Part shown: positions 15,958 through 18,125 of the stretch, in pieces
How the letters are laid out: each line of letters starts with the position of its first letter
Numbering within the stretch: the first letter of the stretch is position 1
Assembly: GCA_001192655.1 (NCBI GenBank)
Contig: BBVC01000061.1
Coordinates: 1 to 18,125, forward strand
Direction of reading: 5' to 3'
From: Caedimonas varicaedens
Lineage (GTDB): Bacteria > Pseudomonadota > Alphaproteobacteria > Caedimonadales > Caedimonadaceae
DNA length: 18,125 bases
The notes under the pieces: model-generated
Database searches by the model: none
The model's input: only the letters and a program-made list of their open reading frames with translations
Told to the model about the DNA's origin: nothing
Made by a program: the position numbers and the translations under genes

Positions 15958-17884
15958 CACCCAGGCTTTTAGAATAATTCAGCAAAATCGGATTATAGCC
16001 TTTCTTTTCCAATATGTTCTTAATTATTTCCTCGACAAGTTTTTTTCTACCCTGCTGTATCTGCCAATCAAAATAAGGAAATATCAAATCTACGCGCGGA
16101 TACCATTGTTGAGTGAGTATAGAAAGTCGCTTTTCCCACCACCGGTGATGTAACAACATTTCTTTTAAGCTATTCAATCTTGGATCCTGGGTTTGATTCA
16201 TTAAAAAATCATATAGAGGTAATTCTGAAGAAAGCATTACCAGGCTAGGATTTTTTATTTTCTGAGAGGCATATAAAAGATTGTGTAAAACTTTAATATC
16301 TACCGAGTTCAAAGAAGGATGAGAATGCACACTCTCTAGGAAATCCCTCAGGAAAATAGCGAGATAAATTCCACCAGGACCGGAGCTTTGCAAATAATCT
16401 TGTACAGTTATACTCAGTGTTTTTTCTTGATTGTTACTCGAAAATTTTTCGTGAACCGTATCAAAACACAAATTAAAATAGATAAGGGATAATCCAAAGA
16501 CTAATAAAATGACTGAAATGCAAGCTAGAGAAAATTGAAAAAAGTACTTAAAATTAGTTTTTTTTAGAGAAATATTAGGGCTTACAGCAGCCAGAAAGAT
16601 TGCTAAATATGGCAGTGTTCCGGGTATTTCATACCACCCAGAAAATGTAAAACTTAAAGCAGCACAACAAAATGTCATCGAAGGAATTTTAGACTTTTGG
16701 CATAGTAAAACTGGTAGAATTAGAAGCGCTGAAAATAGAATTGCGCCTGGAATTCCACACGAAATTAATGTTTCAATTAATTGGTTATGACTATGAAAAC
16801 CTACATTGCCTATCAGAAGATTATTGATCCCAAGCCCTATTTCGCTCCAATTTTGTGGAAAGGATTGATAAGGTAAAAATATTTCTGAGGAATGATGAAG
16901 AAAATCTGACCTTATTATTTGTATAGGCATATTATGAATGCTAGATAGTATGATATCGGTATAGGATCCCCAACCAAATCCGACTAATAACCTGAAGGGA
17001 TCGTTAATGAGAGCGTCAATACAAACGCGCCAAAAATGATATCTCGCATGGAGTGAAAATAGAAAAAAGTCAGATGATATATACTTGGCTATCAAATAAA
17101 CAAAAGGTGAAATTAGAAAAATAAAAGCTGCAAAAAAATAACGTGAGTAAACTGAGATAAAATTTTCTTTTTTATTTATATAATATGCTATCCCATATAA
17201 GAAAGTTCCAATCGCAATACCAATAAAAGCAGTTCTATTTGTTGACGCTATAATTATTAAAATCCCTAAAAAAAGGAGTATTTTTTTATAAACTTTACTA
17301 TCTAATGAGAACCCAATTCCCATTAGGGATATACCAATAAATACAATATGTTCATTTATGAAATAAGGTGTTCCCTTGAATTGGGGAATGAGACCATGTC
17401 TAATGTCTCCAATAAAAGATAGGCAACAAATTGTAAAGGAGGCGACGATTACATTAGTTATAAAAACCCCTAAATACTTTGAATTCAGCGCTAGCTTATA
17501 ACCAATAATCATAACACTTAAAATAATATACCATATGATTCCCATTCCTATTTGAGGAGAGCCAGTCCATGAAAGCCAAGGGACATATGAAAAAAAAGAA
17601 GCAATGAAAGACCATACAGTAATACCCAAACATATAATTGACGCATAGTTAAGGGCTGGGGAAAATTTTTCTTGATCCTCAGAAAGTGAGCATAAGCATA
17701 GCCCAACAGAAAGGAAAAAAGATACTGAAACAAGGCTTATAAAGGGGGGTTGACCATAAGGCCAAGGACTAAATTTCATTAGTGGAGCAGAAAGCATAAT
17801 CCAAGGTAATGTAAAGCAAGAAAATAACAAAAGTTGCCGAGGGAAGTTTCCTGTTGCTCTATTAAGAAACTTTAAAAAAAACAT
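15941..17884 (-). CDS. O-antigen ligase / Wzy_C-family polytopic membrane protein with a C-terminal soluble extension
   Basis: 647 aa with many hydrophobic helices. Wzy_C-type motifs are STNRTAFIG, HARYHFWRVCIDALINDPFRLLVGFGWGSY and GFHSHNQLIETLISCGIPGAILF. The C-terminal ~170 aa are hydrophilic and helical. The final residues SPLE plus the stop are encoded inside the IS481-like right inverted repeat. Confidence 0.8.
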   Translation of the reverse strand: MFFLKFLNRATGNFPRQLLLFSCFTLPWIMLSAPLMKFSPWPYGQPPFISLVSVSFFLSVGLCLCSLSEDQEKFSPALNYASIICLGITVWSFIASFFSYVPWLSWTGSPQIGMGIIWYIILSVMIIGYKLALNSKYLGVFITNVIVASFTICCLSFIGDIRHGLIPQFKGTPYFINEHIVFIGISLMGIGFSLDSKVYKKILLFLGILIIIASTNRTAFIGIAIGTFLYGIAYYINKKENFISVYSRYFFAAFIFLISPFVYLIAKYISSDFFLFSLHARYHFWRVCIDALINDPFRLLVGFGWGSYTDIILSSIHNMPIQIIRSDFLHHSSEIFLPYQSFPQNWSEIGLGINNLLIGNVGFHSHNQLIETLISCGIPGAILFSALLILPVLLCQKSKIPSMTFCCAALSFTFSGWYEIPGTLPYLAIFLAAVSPNISLKKTNFKYFFQFSLACISVILLVFGLSLIYFNLCFDTVHEKFSSNNQEKTLSITVQDYLQSSGPGGIYLAIFLRDFLESVHSHPSLNSVDIKVLHNLLYASQKIKNPSLVMLSSELPLYDFLMNQTQDPRLNSLKEMLLHHRWWEKRLSILTQQWYPRVDLIFPYFDWQIQQGRKKLVEEIIKNILEKKGYNPILLNYSKSLGVSPLE

Positions 17885-18125
17885 ATCCCGACGATCCTGA
17901 AAAAGTAGGAAAAATAAAAAATTAACAGCCCAACTCTTGGAGATGCTGAAGGAATTATCTTGAATAAATTAATAACTCAAAAATTCCCTCAGCAAACGGT
18001 AGAAAAAACCACCAACCTCAAAATATCATATTTAGTCTTTTAAACAGAGGGGGTAAGGTGGGGTGTTTACAGAACAAATTTAGTACCCTGCGCTGTGATC
18101 ATGGTTTACACCATGCCCACCATAG

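Noticed and set aside
15917-16153. ORF 15917..16153(+) and ORF 17548..17733(-)
   Set aside because: They are antisense or out-of-frame within the O-antigen-ligase-family gene.
18108-18125. CCCACCATAG at the window end as a possible 5S rRNA 5' end
   Set aside because: Only the CCATAG hexamer fits. There is no 23S sequence upstream and too few bases to evaluate.

Overview
This looks like a low-GC alphaproteobacterial chromosome segment. Gene order and protein motifs suggest a host-associated Rickettsiales/Holosporales-like lineage, but that taxon call is inference. The backbone is two oxidative-phosphorylation operons on the minus strand. One is F1 ATP synthase atpH-atpA-atpG-atpD-atpC (10803..5949), with an LD-carboxypeptidase gene overlapping the atpC stop. 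The other is cytochrome bc1 petA-petB-petC (15462..12878). Other core-like genes are tRNA-Thr(GGU), a MazG-family pyrophosphohydrolase, a 50-aa basic ORF missing from the ORF track, and a DUF167/YggU gene split by a 1-nt frameshift. Accessory or decayed items sit between these. (1) An OTU-fold cysteine protease (eukaryote-like deubiquitinase candidate) has an N-terminal signal peptide and a duplicated C-terminal module, and is flanked by a transposase-HTH remnant and a GC-rich gene scrap. (2) A DUF4280 (PAAR-like spike-tip) gene lies 24 nt after petC as an apparent fourth gene of the bc1 operon, with no secretion-system genes in view. (3) A 333-bp internally deleted IS481-like element has intact inverted repeats, and its right repeat supplies the last codons and stop of a large O-antigen-ligase-family gene. 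(4) An AMP-nucleosidase-like stub sits next to a possible IS630-like transposase start at the left edge. (5) There are also an exported HAD-like protein, a Cys-rich lipoprotein and an exported FAD-binding oxidase. I saw no CRISPR array, rRNA or prophage structural genes. The OTU protein and the pet-linked DUF4280 gene are the best candidates for something new. All family calls rest on motifs read by eye and need HMM or structure searches.
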